From contig JBHGNT010000015.1 of NCBI GenBank assembly GCA_043228905.1, positions 3,906,001 through 3,970,000 of the forward strand: a stretch of 64,000 bases of DNA, written 5' to 3'. Shown piece by piece: positions 12,801-26,400 of the stretch (position 1 is its first letter; each line of letters opens with the position of its first letter). The notes under the pieces were generated by a model. That model ran no database searches and was not told the DNA's origin. It saw only the letters and a program-made list of their open reading frames with translations. The position numbers and the translations under genes were made by a program. This DNA comes from Azolla caroliniana. Lineage: Eukaryota; Plantae; Polypodiophyta.

Positions 12801-15800
12801 TGAAACAATAAAAGCTACTTCTTGTATTACATTGATTATTGTAAAAACTCTAGATTATTCTAGAATGTTCTAGAATGTCCTAGAGCATTCTAGGTCTAGA
12901 ACATTCTAGCATTCTAGAAATCTCTAAGCTATTCTATAGAAACCTATAAATAAGCGCATACATGTATTCTCAAATCAATTCGAATCAACACCAGTCTTTA
13001 GCTCTCATTACATATCTTGTATCCATTCTCTTTCTTTCTCTATCTTATACATCCATTCTTCTCTATCCTTCTTCCATCACTCTATCTTTTATCCTTGGTT
13101 CTAACATTGGGTGGACTCAAAATGGAAAAGACCAGAAGATGTTGGGATCTTAAAATAAGGATATTGACATTAGATATTCCAATTACTCTGGCTTGAGGGT
13201 GGGGGGAAACAAGTCTATGTTTGAGGCTTTTATCATTTGGTTCATGGATATGAAAGAAAACAACCTCTTTATCCAAGCAAAGGGCCTTAAAGGACAAAAA
13301 CATATATTTAAATGAAGATCTTATCCTGGGTCAAGTAACACAATGGTATAACAAACATGCCAAAGTGTTGTCTGTAAAGAATGTCAGGGTCATTATTGCA
13401 AACAAGAGAGCTATATGATAATGTATAGCTTATGAGACCTTATGCATGATTATATGGAACATAGTTGTAATTTATTTAAACAAGGAGGGAAAAATTATTA
13501 ACCATTTGTAAAGGTTCTTCTTCATTTGATATATCTCTCTTGGATGTTAAAAAGATATCTATATATCTATCTATCCTAGAGTTAAGGTGTAATCCCTCTC
13601 GCTATATCTATCGTATATGTTGTGCAATGTGATAGGATAGTTGTGAACTTCATCACATCAGTTAGAGATTGAGGAAGGCAACATGAATACCTCTAGAAGA
13701 AATAATTTGCCAATGATGTCATTAGGGAGTAGAATATGAAGAACGCTATGTTTGTCATTGTGTTGTTTTCTATGAAATAAGAGGGAAATACCATTGCCTC
13801 TTTAAGCAAGGCATTAGCCCGATGTGTAATAATGGAATATGAGGTTCAATATTACTTGGGGATTTTTTCGATAGTACTTAAAAGACACAGAGAGAAGTTG
13901 TTGAAGGACAACAACACAGCTACACAAGCTCATCAACAAAGAATAATTACAACTTTCTTTAAGCCGAATGAGATCCCAACCAGGACATTGCAAGGGGATC
14001 ACAATAGATTAGGTAATGACAAATTTTCATGCATGTATACCTTGTCCTTGTGGACCATGATCTCACCACCCTTATCAAAACCATTATCTCCTGCTATCGT
14101 GGGTGCTTCCCTTGCTTTAGAGACCTCTCCATTTTGGATTGGCCTATACTAGAAATCTTTTGAAGTCAAACAATACGATGTAATCTAACTTGAGAATCTT
14201 ACATGTATAGATGACAAGATTCTTTAGTCATGTCTTAATTCTAATTCTATTTACTTTTTTGTTTAGTTATGTTCACTCCAATTTGCTATTCTCAAATATG
14301 AGACAACATTTTAAGATGTAATCTCTTGTTTGGTCTTATAGGCCATTTTGGCGTTTTAAAAGATGATAATATATCTTTCTTTCTCTTTTAAAACACACTT
14401 CTTACATACATCGTAGGATGGATTTGTTATCAGGCCACCTTATATGGACATACATCTATCCTATGCGCTGCGTAGTGTGATAGGGCAGTTGCGAACTTCA
14501 TCACATCAACTACAAATTGAGGTAGGTAGATATACAAGACTACCTCTAGAAGAGAGAATTTGCCAATTGTGTCATCAAGGAGTGGAATCTGAGGAACACT
14601 ATGTTTGTCATTGTAGTGTCTTTTATGAAATAAGAGGGAGATACCATTGCCTCTTTAAACAAGGCTTTGGCCCACTACGCAAGGTAATGAAATATGAGGA
14701 CCAACGATGCCTAGGACTTTTCTTGCTAGAGATCAAGAGACATCAGGAAAAGTTGCTGAAGAATACAACCACGCAAGCTCATCCACAAAGAACAATCACA
14801 ACGTTCTTTAGCCCCATCACTCCTACTAATGCTACAAGTCCATCACGGGATACACAAATGGGCCCCAGACCAGGACATAACAAAGGGGTTACAATTGATC
14901 AGCCAATAGCAATTTGCTGTGCACGTAGGCCCCGGCTCCATGGACCACGACCTCGACACTCTTGTCATCGACAGATAAAAGCCATTATCTCCCGCCATCG
15001 TAGGTGCTTCCCTCGCTTTGGAGACATTTCCATTCTGGATTGACCTATGCTAGAGATCTTTCGAAGACAAAAGCTACAATATACCTAACTTGAGAATCTC
15101 ACATGTGCCAAAAACCAGATTCCCTCGTTTCTTCTCTTTTCATCTTATTTACTTTTATATTTATTGTGTAATATTTATTTTATTTTGATTTGTTCTCAAA
15201 GACGAGAAAACACTCAAGATGTAATCTCTTATTTGGTCTTATAGGCCATTTTGGCCTCTTAAAAGACGTTAATATATCTTTCTTTCTTTTTAATTATCTC
15301 GGGGATTATAAGTTAAAAGCCTAAACTTTTGTATCCTTAATAACTTGTGATTACATTAAGTGGACTAATGTGACTAGATTGAGCTGGTGACATCTTGTCT
15401 CTGGGTGGAAACATGGTGAAGTTTTTTTGTGGTTAAGCATAAAGTTTTGTCTTGTATGTGTAAGTTGTAGATTCGAATTAGTGTTTGCTTTAGCAGTTAG
15501 TCTACGCATAAGTAGCTTGAGTGTGGTTGACACACATTTTCACTCATCTTTCCCACAAAAAGGTAGACAATGGTACGTCTGTGCACACCAACCTTGAGAT
15601 GGTTCTCAAGAAGATCACCGAGTAAGAAGTAGCCTTCGGTAAGGATAGTAAAAGACATTGCATATTTGGTGCTGCTATTGGGCATTAGAACCACCACTTG
15701 AAACTAGTGGTGAGCTTATTGCAAGCTCCCATGATTATGCCTAGGCTAAGGAGGTGAGGAAGAACCACCTCCGAATCTTAATTTTTACATTTTTAGTTAT

Positions 15801-18800
15801 TTTTCTCATTCTTGTTTTCACCGCGATTAGCAAATCTTGACTACTGGAACTTACTGTTCATATTTTTTGAAGTGCTCATTTTTTGTTCTCTCTCTCCATG
15901 ATTAATCAAAAGTAGTGATTAATTGTTCTCATAATCAATTTGCCTATCATTAAGTCTAACCATTACTATCAATTAGTAATAATTGGTAGTTAGGCTAATA
16001 ATTATGTTCTCTTCCAAATATAATCTAGTTCTAGGATAGAGAATATTAATACATTCAAGAGGCTCAAGAGTACCTTTGAAGGGTTTCATTTAAAAGCTGT
16101 TGAACGTGAGGATAATCTATATGCGTATTTCACATGCAAGAATGATCCAAGTCGCATGACATAATCATAAACACACTATCCCCATTCCAATAAATCTTGG
16201 ATTGTCCACATCCACGCTGTTAGAAATATTGAGAATCAACGAGATAGGCATATAGAATTACTCTCACAGAGATGTATATCTGAAACCAAACTTTCTGTTA
16301 CATATGAGAGTAGCTCAGAATGGTAGTCCACCATGCACACCTTAGAGCTTAGATGGGATCTGGACTAGTCGACTACAAAATTAGTGGGGACATATAATAG
16401 TTATAGCCACTATGTGAGAGAAAGAAAGTGGATATTTATATTCTCTGTTTGGTCTTAGTTATAGTTATTTAATTGAATAATGAAAGAACACGTATGAGCT
16501 CCACAACACCTCTTAATACGAAGATGACCCACTATAAGGCACTATTTTTACGCACATCACAGGATGGATTCATTATTAAGCCTTCTTATACAGGTACAAA
16601 TCTATCTCAGACAGCCCGTAGTGTGATGGGATAGCTTAGAACCTTTTCACATGAGTTGGAGATTGAGAGTGGGAGACATGCATGCAAATGTATGGAAATA
16701 TGAATCTGCCAATTTTGCCATTTGGAGGTGTGTGAAAGAGAAAGAACATTATGTTTTGGAAGTGTGCCATTTTTAATGAAATAAGAGGGATTCACCTCTG
16801 TCAATAGTTCTTGGGACAAGTCTTGATAGAATTCAAGAGACAAGTTCAATAAAAAACAACAGCTCATCAACATAGAACTATCACTATTTTCTTTAGCTCC
16901 AACATTCCTCATACTAGAAGTCAATCAAGCTGTACAAAAGTAGGATGTCAACTAAGACACTCAAAAGAGGTTAATATTTGATTGGGTAATATCAATGTGT
17001 CATGCACATAGTTCACAACTATTTGAACCGTAGCCATGTCACCCTTGTCATTGACAAATAAAGGCCATTATCATCTGGTACTAAAGGTGATTCTCTCGTT
17101 TCGGAGACCTCTCCATCTTGAAGCAGATGTGTCGAGGTTTTTCAGACGCAGAAGTTGTTAGGTGTAAAGGCCCGTAGTTCACAAATTAGGTAATTATTCA
17201 TATATGTGAACACATTGTTCACCTGGACAGGACACCTCCTTTTGTAATGTGAACACACCACTTTCTTTATAAGGTTAACTAATATAATAACCTTTTTTTC
17301 TTGTGTACCAATAAAGGCGGTTGGGTACACCAAAGATCTGTGTGTCTCTACTCTCATCTCTACTACAGTCCTGTTTGCTGAACGTCATCTCTCAATAGCT
17401 GATCTGTCAAACATCCCTCTTTACCTTTAACTGGTATTAGAGCCAAATCTCTTTCCTCTGCTTTGCTGTTTTTCTTTAGATTCAGTATCAACAGAAAACA
17501 CAGATTAAAAAATAAAATAAAAATAAAAATAAAAAATCTGTCAGACCCTTTCCTATTGGTATTCTGTTCAATTTCTGAAGGCATCTGTCATAAATCTTGG
17601 GAGCAATGGCCTCCACTTCAGCTGAAATGAAAAACCTCTTTGAAATCAAGACATTTGATGGAAAAGATTTCGAATTGTGGAAAGAGCGTATGCTGGGCAT
17701 CCTCTTTCTAAGAGATTGTGAAGATGCTCTCGTAGAAAAGAAACCAGAGAGCATGGAAAATGATGCTTGGAACACTCTGAATAAGAAAGCCATTACATAT
17801 ATTAAAATGGCTGTTTCTGATGAAAGTCTTGTAGATGTAAAGGGGTTGACTACTGCCCATCAAGTTTGGGAGAAACTTAAGAAAACTTACGAGAATACTA
17901 CTCCTGTGAATCAGGAGCATTTGATGAGAAAACTTGTCAGTACGAGGCTTGATGAGGTGAAAGGTGCAACGGAGCATCTATCGTTATTCACATGTACTCT
18001 CTCCCAACTACAAGATTCAAGATTACCAGCTTTTGATGACAAGCTCAAAGCTATCTTCCTACTTATGACTTTACCGGATTCGTGGGAAACATTAGTTGTT
18101 TCACTATCTAATAGCCCCACCTTGACCTTCGATGGTGTGTGGGGCTCTATTCTCAGTGAAGAGATTAGAAGACAATCTAGTGGAGAAGGTAGTGGTTCAG
18201 CATACAATATTAGGGGGAGATATGATAAGAGGAACCCAAATGTAGGACAAAGAAATAGAAGTAAGAGTAGAGGGAAAGGAAAACAACAAGATATCAGATG
18301 CTATCATTGTGGCCGTAAAGGTCATAAGAAACCTGATTGTAGATATTGGAAGATGGAACTAGAAAGGAAGAAGAATGTAGGAGAGAAGAAAAATAAAGAT
18401 GATAAGTTTAATACAACAAAGAAAGCTAATATGGCTTCAAATGTTATCATTGAAGACCTATCTGGTGAAGATGGTGATGTACTTTGTATTATAGGTGATG
18501 CCTTTATAGCTCATGTTCAAGACATGCAAATCACCAAAACAGATGTTATTGATGCTTTATTGTCAATCGATGATGGATTGACACGGACATGGATAGTAGA
18601 CTCCGGGGCTTCTTTTCATGTTACTCCATGTTTGGAGTGCTTTACCACATTTGACGCAGGCAGTTATGGGAAAGTTTATCTTGGTAACAATAGTGCTTGC
18701 AATATTGATGGTATTGGAACCATACACTTTTCTTTGGATAATGGTCAAGAGCTTGTGCTCAAAGATGTTAGGTATGTACCTGGCATTAAGAAAAGTTTGC

Positions 18801-20408
18801 TATCTGTAGGATAGATGGATTTGCATGGTTACACCACATTATTCGGTTGTGGATTATGGAAACTAAAGAAAGGATCTATGGTTATTGTGAAAGGTTGCAA
18901 AAAGGGCACTATGTATTGTTTGCAATGTAAAGCTTTACCTGGAAAGTTTCTTGCTATTGCTGAATTCGACTCTCGTTTAGAGCTTTGACATAAGAGATTA
19001 GGAAATTGAAGGGAAACCAAAATACAAGGCAAGATTAGTTGCCAAGGGTTATGCACAGAAGGAAGGTATTGACTTCCAAGAGGTCTTCTCTCCTGTTGTG
19101 AAGATGACCACACTTCGTGTGCTATTTGCTCTCACTGCAATACTTAATTTGGAGTTGTACCAAATGGATGTAAAGACCGCTTTTTTGCATGGTGATATTA
19201 ATGAAGAGATCTACATGAAACAACCTGAGGGTTTTGTAGTCTCTAACAAGGAGCATTTGGTATGCAAACTAAAACGTAGGTTATATGGCCTAAAACAAGC
19301 ACCACGACAGTGGTATAAGAAGTTTGATACTTTTATGCTTTCTCAAGGCTTTGATCGTAGCTATGCAGATCATTGTTTATACACGAAAAAGGATATCGAT
19401 GACAATCCTATCATACTTGTTCTATATGTGGATGATATGTTGCTAGCTGGGAAAAGAAAGACTAGTCTTGATGCTCTAAAAGTTCAACTGAAATTGGTCT
19501 TCTCTATGAAAGATTTGGGAAATGCAGAGCATATTTTGGGCATGAGAATCAGTAGAAACAGAAAAGACAAATTGTTGTTTTGGTCACAAGAAAAGTACAT
19601 TGAAAAAGTGCTTAACAGATTTAATATGGCAAAAGCAAAGTCCCTTGGAGTTCCTTTGCCGTCATATCTTAAACTCAGCAAGGATGATTGTCTAAAGGAT
19701 GAGATGGAAATCAATGCTATGAATGGAATTCCTTATGCATCAGCATGTGGTTCTCTAATGTATGCTATGGTAGCTACTCGACCAGATATTGCTTATGCAG
19801 TGGGAGTTGTTAGTCGCTATATGTCTAATCCTGGGAAAGCACATTGGGAGGCTGTCAAGTGTGTTTTCAGGTATCTTATGTGAGAAAAGCTGTTAATAGC
19901 AGTAGCGGAAGACTTAAAACAAAATAGGCACAGCCAAGCTGTGAGAAGGCTGTTAGACAGCAGTAGAAAAAATGGTGGCAAAGAGCAAAGACACAGCCAA
20001 GGAATAGAGCTTGTTTTAAGTAACAAAAAAGAAAATGAAAACTTATACAAAAGAGGCTGGTATAGCCTATTTATACAAAATTGGGGAATGTGGGTGAAAT
20101 GGCTGTTTGGTAGTTAAGTGACTCTTGTACTACCAAACAGGTACAAAAAACTAGGAATATCTTGGAAAAGGTAGAAGAGAGAAAAGGCATTTAAAGCATT
20201 GCAGATTTTAGAGAGAGAAGGCATTTAAAGAGTTGCAGATTCTAGAGAGAGAAGAATCTGAGAAAAGAGAGAATGTAGTACAAAGATAATAAATATGAAA
20301 GAGAGTGCAGGGCTGGAGCTGCCACCCTCCAACACCTCCTCTTAGCTCCAGAACGGCAGTCCAACATTGAGTCAATCAAGGAGCTGATTAATGGCATGCC
20401 TTGGAAGC

Positions 20409-20498
<90 letters not shown>

Positions 20499-23400
20499 TG
20501 TCAACATAACAGTTCTGAAACCCAAGAGAGAGAAAGAAGCTATCAATTTTGTCATGCTAAGCTTTGGGAGCTTGCTTTAAGCCATACAAGGCTTTGTGTA
20601 ACCTGTAGACCATGTTTTTCTGCGCTAAAATCTCGAAACCTGGAGGCTGTTCAACATAAACCTCCTCTTTCAAGTCACCGTTAAGGAAGGCTGACTTGAC
20701 ATCCATTTGAAAAATGGCCCATTTGTTGTGAGCAGCAAGTGCAAGCGCACATCGGATAGATGTGTACCTTGCTGTTGGAGCAAAAGTTTCCTCATAATCC
20801 ATTCCTTCAACTTGTGAGTAGCCTTTTGCCACTAAACGTGCCTTGTGCTTATCCAAAGTACCATCAGCATGGGATTTGGTCTTGAAAATCCATTTCAATC
20901 CAATGACTTGTCGATGTGGAGGCCGTGGGACCAGCTCCCATGTATGATTCCGCTCAATGGAATCAAGTTCAACTTCCATTGCTGCTTTCCACTTTAGAAG
21001 AACAAGGGCCTCTTTTGCTGTTGTGGGTTCTTTTGATTGCACAACAGTGCACAATAAGGCAAAGTTGCATGAGTGAAGAGGCCGTTGTGACTTACGTGTT
21101 CGAGAACCAGATGTATACTCATGAAGTTCAGCATCGGAGAGCTGAGAATCACGAATGGTGGCTTGAAGCCACTTGGGAAGTGGTGGAAGCTGGTTTGTAG
21201 AGGGAGTGGAAACAAGTGGGGTTGAGGGAGAGGTTTGAATTGTTGGCGAAGTTAGAGATTGAGTAGGAGGAGATGGGGGGCTTGAAGATGAGACATCTTC
21301 GTCTAAAATAGGAGATTCCGGAGGAGCTTGGATTTCAACCATGAACTCAGGTAAAATCCTAGAGTCATCCGGCGGAGACTCCACAAAATGAACATCCCTA
21401 GATATGACTAGGGACTTTGACTCTAAATCCCATAACCTGTATGCTTTAGATTGTGTGCTGTAACCAAGAAATTTGCATTTCTTGGTTTTGGACTCAAATT
21501 TCGTCCTTTTATGATCTGAAATGTGAACATAAGCATCACAACCAAAGACTTTAAAATGAGATACTGAGGGCTTTACACCTGTAAATGCTTCTTCAGGCGT
21601 CATTCTAGCAACTGCTTTTGTTGGGCAGCAGTTGATGATGTAGACTGCTGTGTTGACAGCTTCACCCCAAAACGAGAGAGGAAGATCAGATTGAGATAAC
21701 ATTGTACGAGCCATCTCTTGGACTGTCCGGTTCTTCCTTTCCACGACTCCATTTTGTTGAGGAGTATTGGGTGTAGAAAATTGGCGAGCAATGCCTCGTT
21801 GAGAGCAGAAATGGTGGAAAGCTTTGGAGATAAACTCTCCACCATTGTCCGACCTGATCTTTCGAACTTTCTTCGATGTCTCGTTCTCCACGAGAGCTAC
21901 CCATTCTTGAAATTTTGCAAAGGCTTGGGATTTTTCTACAAGAAAATAAACCCAAACCTTGCGGGAGAAGTCATCAATTATAAGCATGAAGTAGCGTGCA
22001 CCACCAAGAGTAGATCCATGTGACCACAAAGATCCATGTGCACTAACTCCAAGATAGATGTTGCTCGGTGAGTGGCTTCATGAGGGAAAGGCTCTCGATG
22101 TTGCTTGCCATGAAGACAAGCAACACATGGGGTATTGGGAGATTTGAAAATAGGAAGACCCTCAACTAGTTGGGAGGAGGAGAGCTTTTGAAGAGAATCA
22201 TAGTTGAGATGACCAAACCTAGCATGTCACAACGTGGGATCTTCTTGTGCCACCAAGGCATGAGAGCCTTGAAGAAGATGAAGAAGATGAGATTTGGAGT
22301 TTTCCAAGGGGCTATGGGAGCTTTTTAGGCGATATAAACCCCCTTCTTGTGTGCCACTAGCTACAATTTGTAGGTTGTTGGTGTCAATCACTTCCAAAAC
22401 TGAGCTATCAAAGTAGACTCCATAACCTTGCTTGGTGATTTTGTAAACCGAAAGTAGGTTGGTAGAGATGCGAGGCACATGTAGCACATCTTGAAGAACG
22501 ACAGGTTCTTCACTTGAAGAATTGTCAAGAACCACATTACCCACACATGAAGCCTCAATGCTTGAGGCATCTCCTATAGAGATTTGGGAAGAGCTAGGCT
22601 TCACATCATGCAAAATGGATTTGTCATAGGTCATGTGTGAAGTGGCACCACTATCTACTAACCACTCATCGATGGTTGAAGTAGTTGGTCCAGCCAAATG
22701 TGAAGTATGTTCCTCAATGCCAAGGAAAACTGTTTCTTTGGCTGAGTGGGCCGAGTTGGATTTCGGTGTAGGTTGATTTCTGGTAGAAGAAGAGTTCTTA
22801 GCATTGTCCCTTTTCTTTTTCCGACAATCTGGCTGAATGTGACCTTTGTAGCCACAATAATGACAAGTGAGCTCCTTGTAAGCTGGGTTGTTTGGCGGTC
22901 TTGGATTGGGTTTGTTGTAGGAGTTACCATTTTGCTTCCACTTGCCTTTACTTGTCGCATGTAGAAGCGTCTCATTGGAAGTTTGAGCACTTTTCTTCCT
23001 TGTTGCCCTATCTTGTAGCATACCAAGAAATGTATTCATGTCAGGTGTGTTGGGAAGAAGAGAAATGGTGTCACAAAAGGCTGAGAATGACTCAGGCAAC
23101 TTTATCATTAGACGATGCACAAACTCAACTTCAGTGGACTTGCTTCCCAAAGAAACTAGTTCCTTTTGGAGAGTGACAAATTCCGTTATTTGATCCATGA
23201 TGTTGGGAGTGTCATGAATCTTGAGATTTGCTAGTTGGCTTTCAATAGCTATCATTTGAGCATGATTAGCTCGATGATACCTCCTTTTGATGGCTGTCCA
23301 TAGTTCATTGGCTGTCTCGTCATCTTTATCTTGAAATTGACGAGCGATGCTCGGTTTAATATTAAACATGAGGAAAGCATGAGCACGAGAATCCTTATCT

Positions 23401-26400
23401 AGCCAAGCTTCAATCTCAGCGTTAGATGAGCCAGCAACTGATTTGGTTGAAGAGGATGAAGCTACTGGTGGTTTCTTGTCACTACCATTGACTACATTCC
23501 ATAAACGATGGTATTGTAGCAAGGTCTTTATTTGTAGCTCCCAATCCAAGTAATTGTTCCCATCCAAGATGGATTCTTTGGGGAGTTGGGGAATGGTTGA
23601 TGAAACAATGGTGGCATGTGAGGCCATGGATATCCTCCTCTTGAGCTACAGCTGGACAATTTACAGCAGTTGTAAGTAGATACTCAGGGTCTTTCTACTT
23701 CTCCCTAGATGCTAGGTGAGGCTCAAATAAGGGGAAAAGAAAACAGAAGAGCCTCCTCTGTAGGGTTGGGAGGGAGGGATAAAAGAAGATAGGTCTGTGT
23801 GCTCTTTGGCAAAAAAAAATCAGGCTGAGGATATGGAGACCTCACTGCTCTGATACCATGTGAGAAAAGCTGTTAATAGCAGCAGCGGAAGACTTAAAAC
23901 AAAATAGGCACAGCCAAGCTGTGAGAAGGCTGTTAGACAGCAGTAGAAAAAATGGTTGCAAAGAGCAAAGACACAGCCAAGGAATAGAGCTTGTTTTAAG
24001 TAACAAAAAAGAAAATGAAAACTTATACAAAAGAGGCTGGTATAGCCTATTTATACAAAATTGGGGAATGTGGGTGAAATGGCTGTTTGGTAGTTAAGTG
24101 ACTCTTGTACTACCAAACAGGTACAAAAAACTAGGAATATCTTGGAAAAGGTAGAAGAGAGAAAAGGCATTTAAAGCATTGCAGATTTTAGAGAGAGAAG
24201 GCATTTAAAGAGTTGCAGATTCTAGAGAGAGAAGAATCTGAGAAAAGAGAGAATGTAGTACAAAGATAATAAATATGAAAGAGAGTGCAGGGCTGGAGCT
24301 GCCACCCTCCAACATCTTAAAGGTACACAGAGAAAATGTTTATGCTATGGGAAGGGTGCATTAAATTTGCAGCGATATTGTGATGTAGACATGGCAGGTG
24401 ACTTGGATACACGTAAGTCTACTAGCGGGTATATATTTACGGTTGCTGGTGGAGCAGTGTCTTGGTGCTCCAAATTGCAAAAGATTGTAGCATTGAGTAC
24501 TACTGAAGCTGAATATAATTCAGCTATAGAAGCTTCAAAGGAAGCTATATGGCTCAACAGACTTGGTGAAGATCTTGGCATGTCTGTTAGTACTCCTTTG
24601 TTAGGATGTGATAGCCAGAGTGCTATGTATCTGGCTAAGAATGCCATGTTTCATTCGCGCACCAAACACATTGATGTGCGACATCACTTTATCGGACAAG
24701 TTTTGGAAGATGGTCTAGTCACATTGACCAAGATCAAAACATAGGATAATCCTGCAGATATTCTCACTAAAAGTCTTGGCAAAGCTCAACATGAGCATTG
24801 CATACAGTTAGTGGGAGTTACTTGAATGTTCACATCGGACCTTTAAGTGGGAGGTTGTTAGGTGTAAAGGCCTGTAGTTCACAAATTAGGTAATTATTCG
24901 TATATGTGAACACATTGTTCACCTGGACAGGACACCTCCTTTTGTAATGTGAACACACCACTTTCTTTGTAAGGTTAACTAATATAATAACCTTTTTTTT
25001 TTGTGTACCAATCAAGGCGGTTGGGTACACCAAAGATCTGTGTGTCTCTACTCTCATCTCTACTACAGTCCTGTTTGCTGAACGTCATCTCTCAATAGCT
25101 GATCTGTTAAACATCCCTCTTTACCTTTAATGTCAATCAAGCTGTACAAAAGTAGGATGCCGACTAAGACACTCAAAAGAGGTTAATATTTGATTGGGTA
25201 ATATCAATGTGTCATGCACATAGTTCACAACTATTTGAACCGTAGCCCTGTCACCCTTGTCATTGACAAATAAAGGCCATTATCATCTGGTACTAAAGGT
25301 GATTCTCTCGTTTTGGAGACCTCTCCATCTTGAAGCAGACGTGTGGAGGTTTTCCAGACGCAGAAGTTTCAGTTTACCTAAGATCAGAACCTGAAATGGT
25401 TATTTAACTAGACTCTTTGGTTCCTCGTATTTAGCTATGTAAGTTTTGTTTTCTTGTTCCCAAAGACTAGGCAGCATTCAGGAAGCAATACCTTCATTGG
25501 TCTCATAGGCCATTTTGGCCTCTTCAAAGACAGTGATATAGCGTTTATCTTTCTTTCTAGTATCTCATGGATGGATTGGATTTCCAAAAATAATGTTTTG
25601 AGGTCCTTGAAAGTAGTATAGATTCTAGAAACATTGTCTCTCAATTTCATCAGCATTACAAAGTCCAAGTAAAACTAAGGACTGCTGCAATTTGATCTTG
25701 GTTTAAAAAGAACGTCAAACTGAAATATGATCTTAATAGATAAACTCTACTTTTATCGGGCAGATATCAAATGGAATATCTGAGGAAAGCAAAAGAAAAA
25801 AATATCATTGTGTGTCTTGAAACTGGCTGTGGAAAGACATTGATAGCAGTGTTATTACTGGAAGAGTTGTCCCACCTTTTTCCTTCTTTGACGCCGAGAA
25901 TTGCTGTATTTCTTGTGCCTACTGTTATGCTTGTGCAGCAGGTCAGTCAATATCCCTCAACAACCTTAAGCTGGCAATTTATAATTTGTATATATGTTAT
26001 GGATGAGGGAATAAAACTTTGATCATGTGACACGTAGCAAGCAAATGTGATCGAGGAACTTTCAGAACTTAAAGTAGGCCAGTACAATAGTCAAAAGGAT
26101 GGTGGAAAATGGAGCTTGAAGAAATGGGAAAATGATATATGCAACCTACAGGTGCATGTTTAATCGATATTCTCAGTGATATTCATTAGTTAATCCTTAT
26201 CTATGTTGATATCTGAACTCTTTTTACTGTAGGTTCTTGTTATGACACCTCAAGCCCTTTTGAATTCCTTGCGTCATGCATTGGTAAAAATGGAATGTAT
26301 CAGGGTTCTGATTTTTGATGAATGCCATCATTGCCAAAAAGGACATCCGTATGCTCAGATTATGGAGGTATAATATCATAGTTTTGCTCCATTGTGCAAA

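Larger units (their letters stand above)
17156..25129 (+). mobile_element. Ty1/Copia element B (same family as A), integrase core deleted, hosts nested element C
   Basis: LTRs 17156-17429 and 24856-25129 (274 bp, 6 differences), TG..TA ends; PBS TGGTATTAGAGC; gag-protease 17606-18814 with [14 protein letters not shown]; jump from HKRLG to [12 protein letters not shown] near 19003; YVDD; RNase H 24320-24825; PPT AAGTGGGAGGT. Confidence 0.93.

Noticed and set aside
14394-14460. Shared 5' end of LINE fragments suggesting a SINE-like derivative
   Set aside because: Copies 3 and 4 share homology further upstream (acgaagatg.cccact, ccccattccaata), so these are ordinary variable 5' truncations
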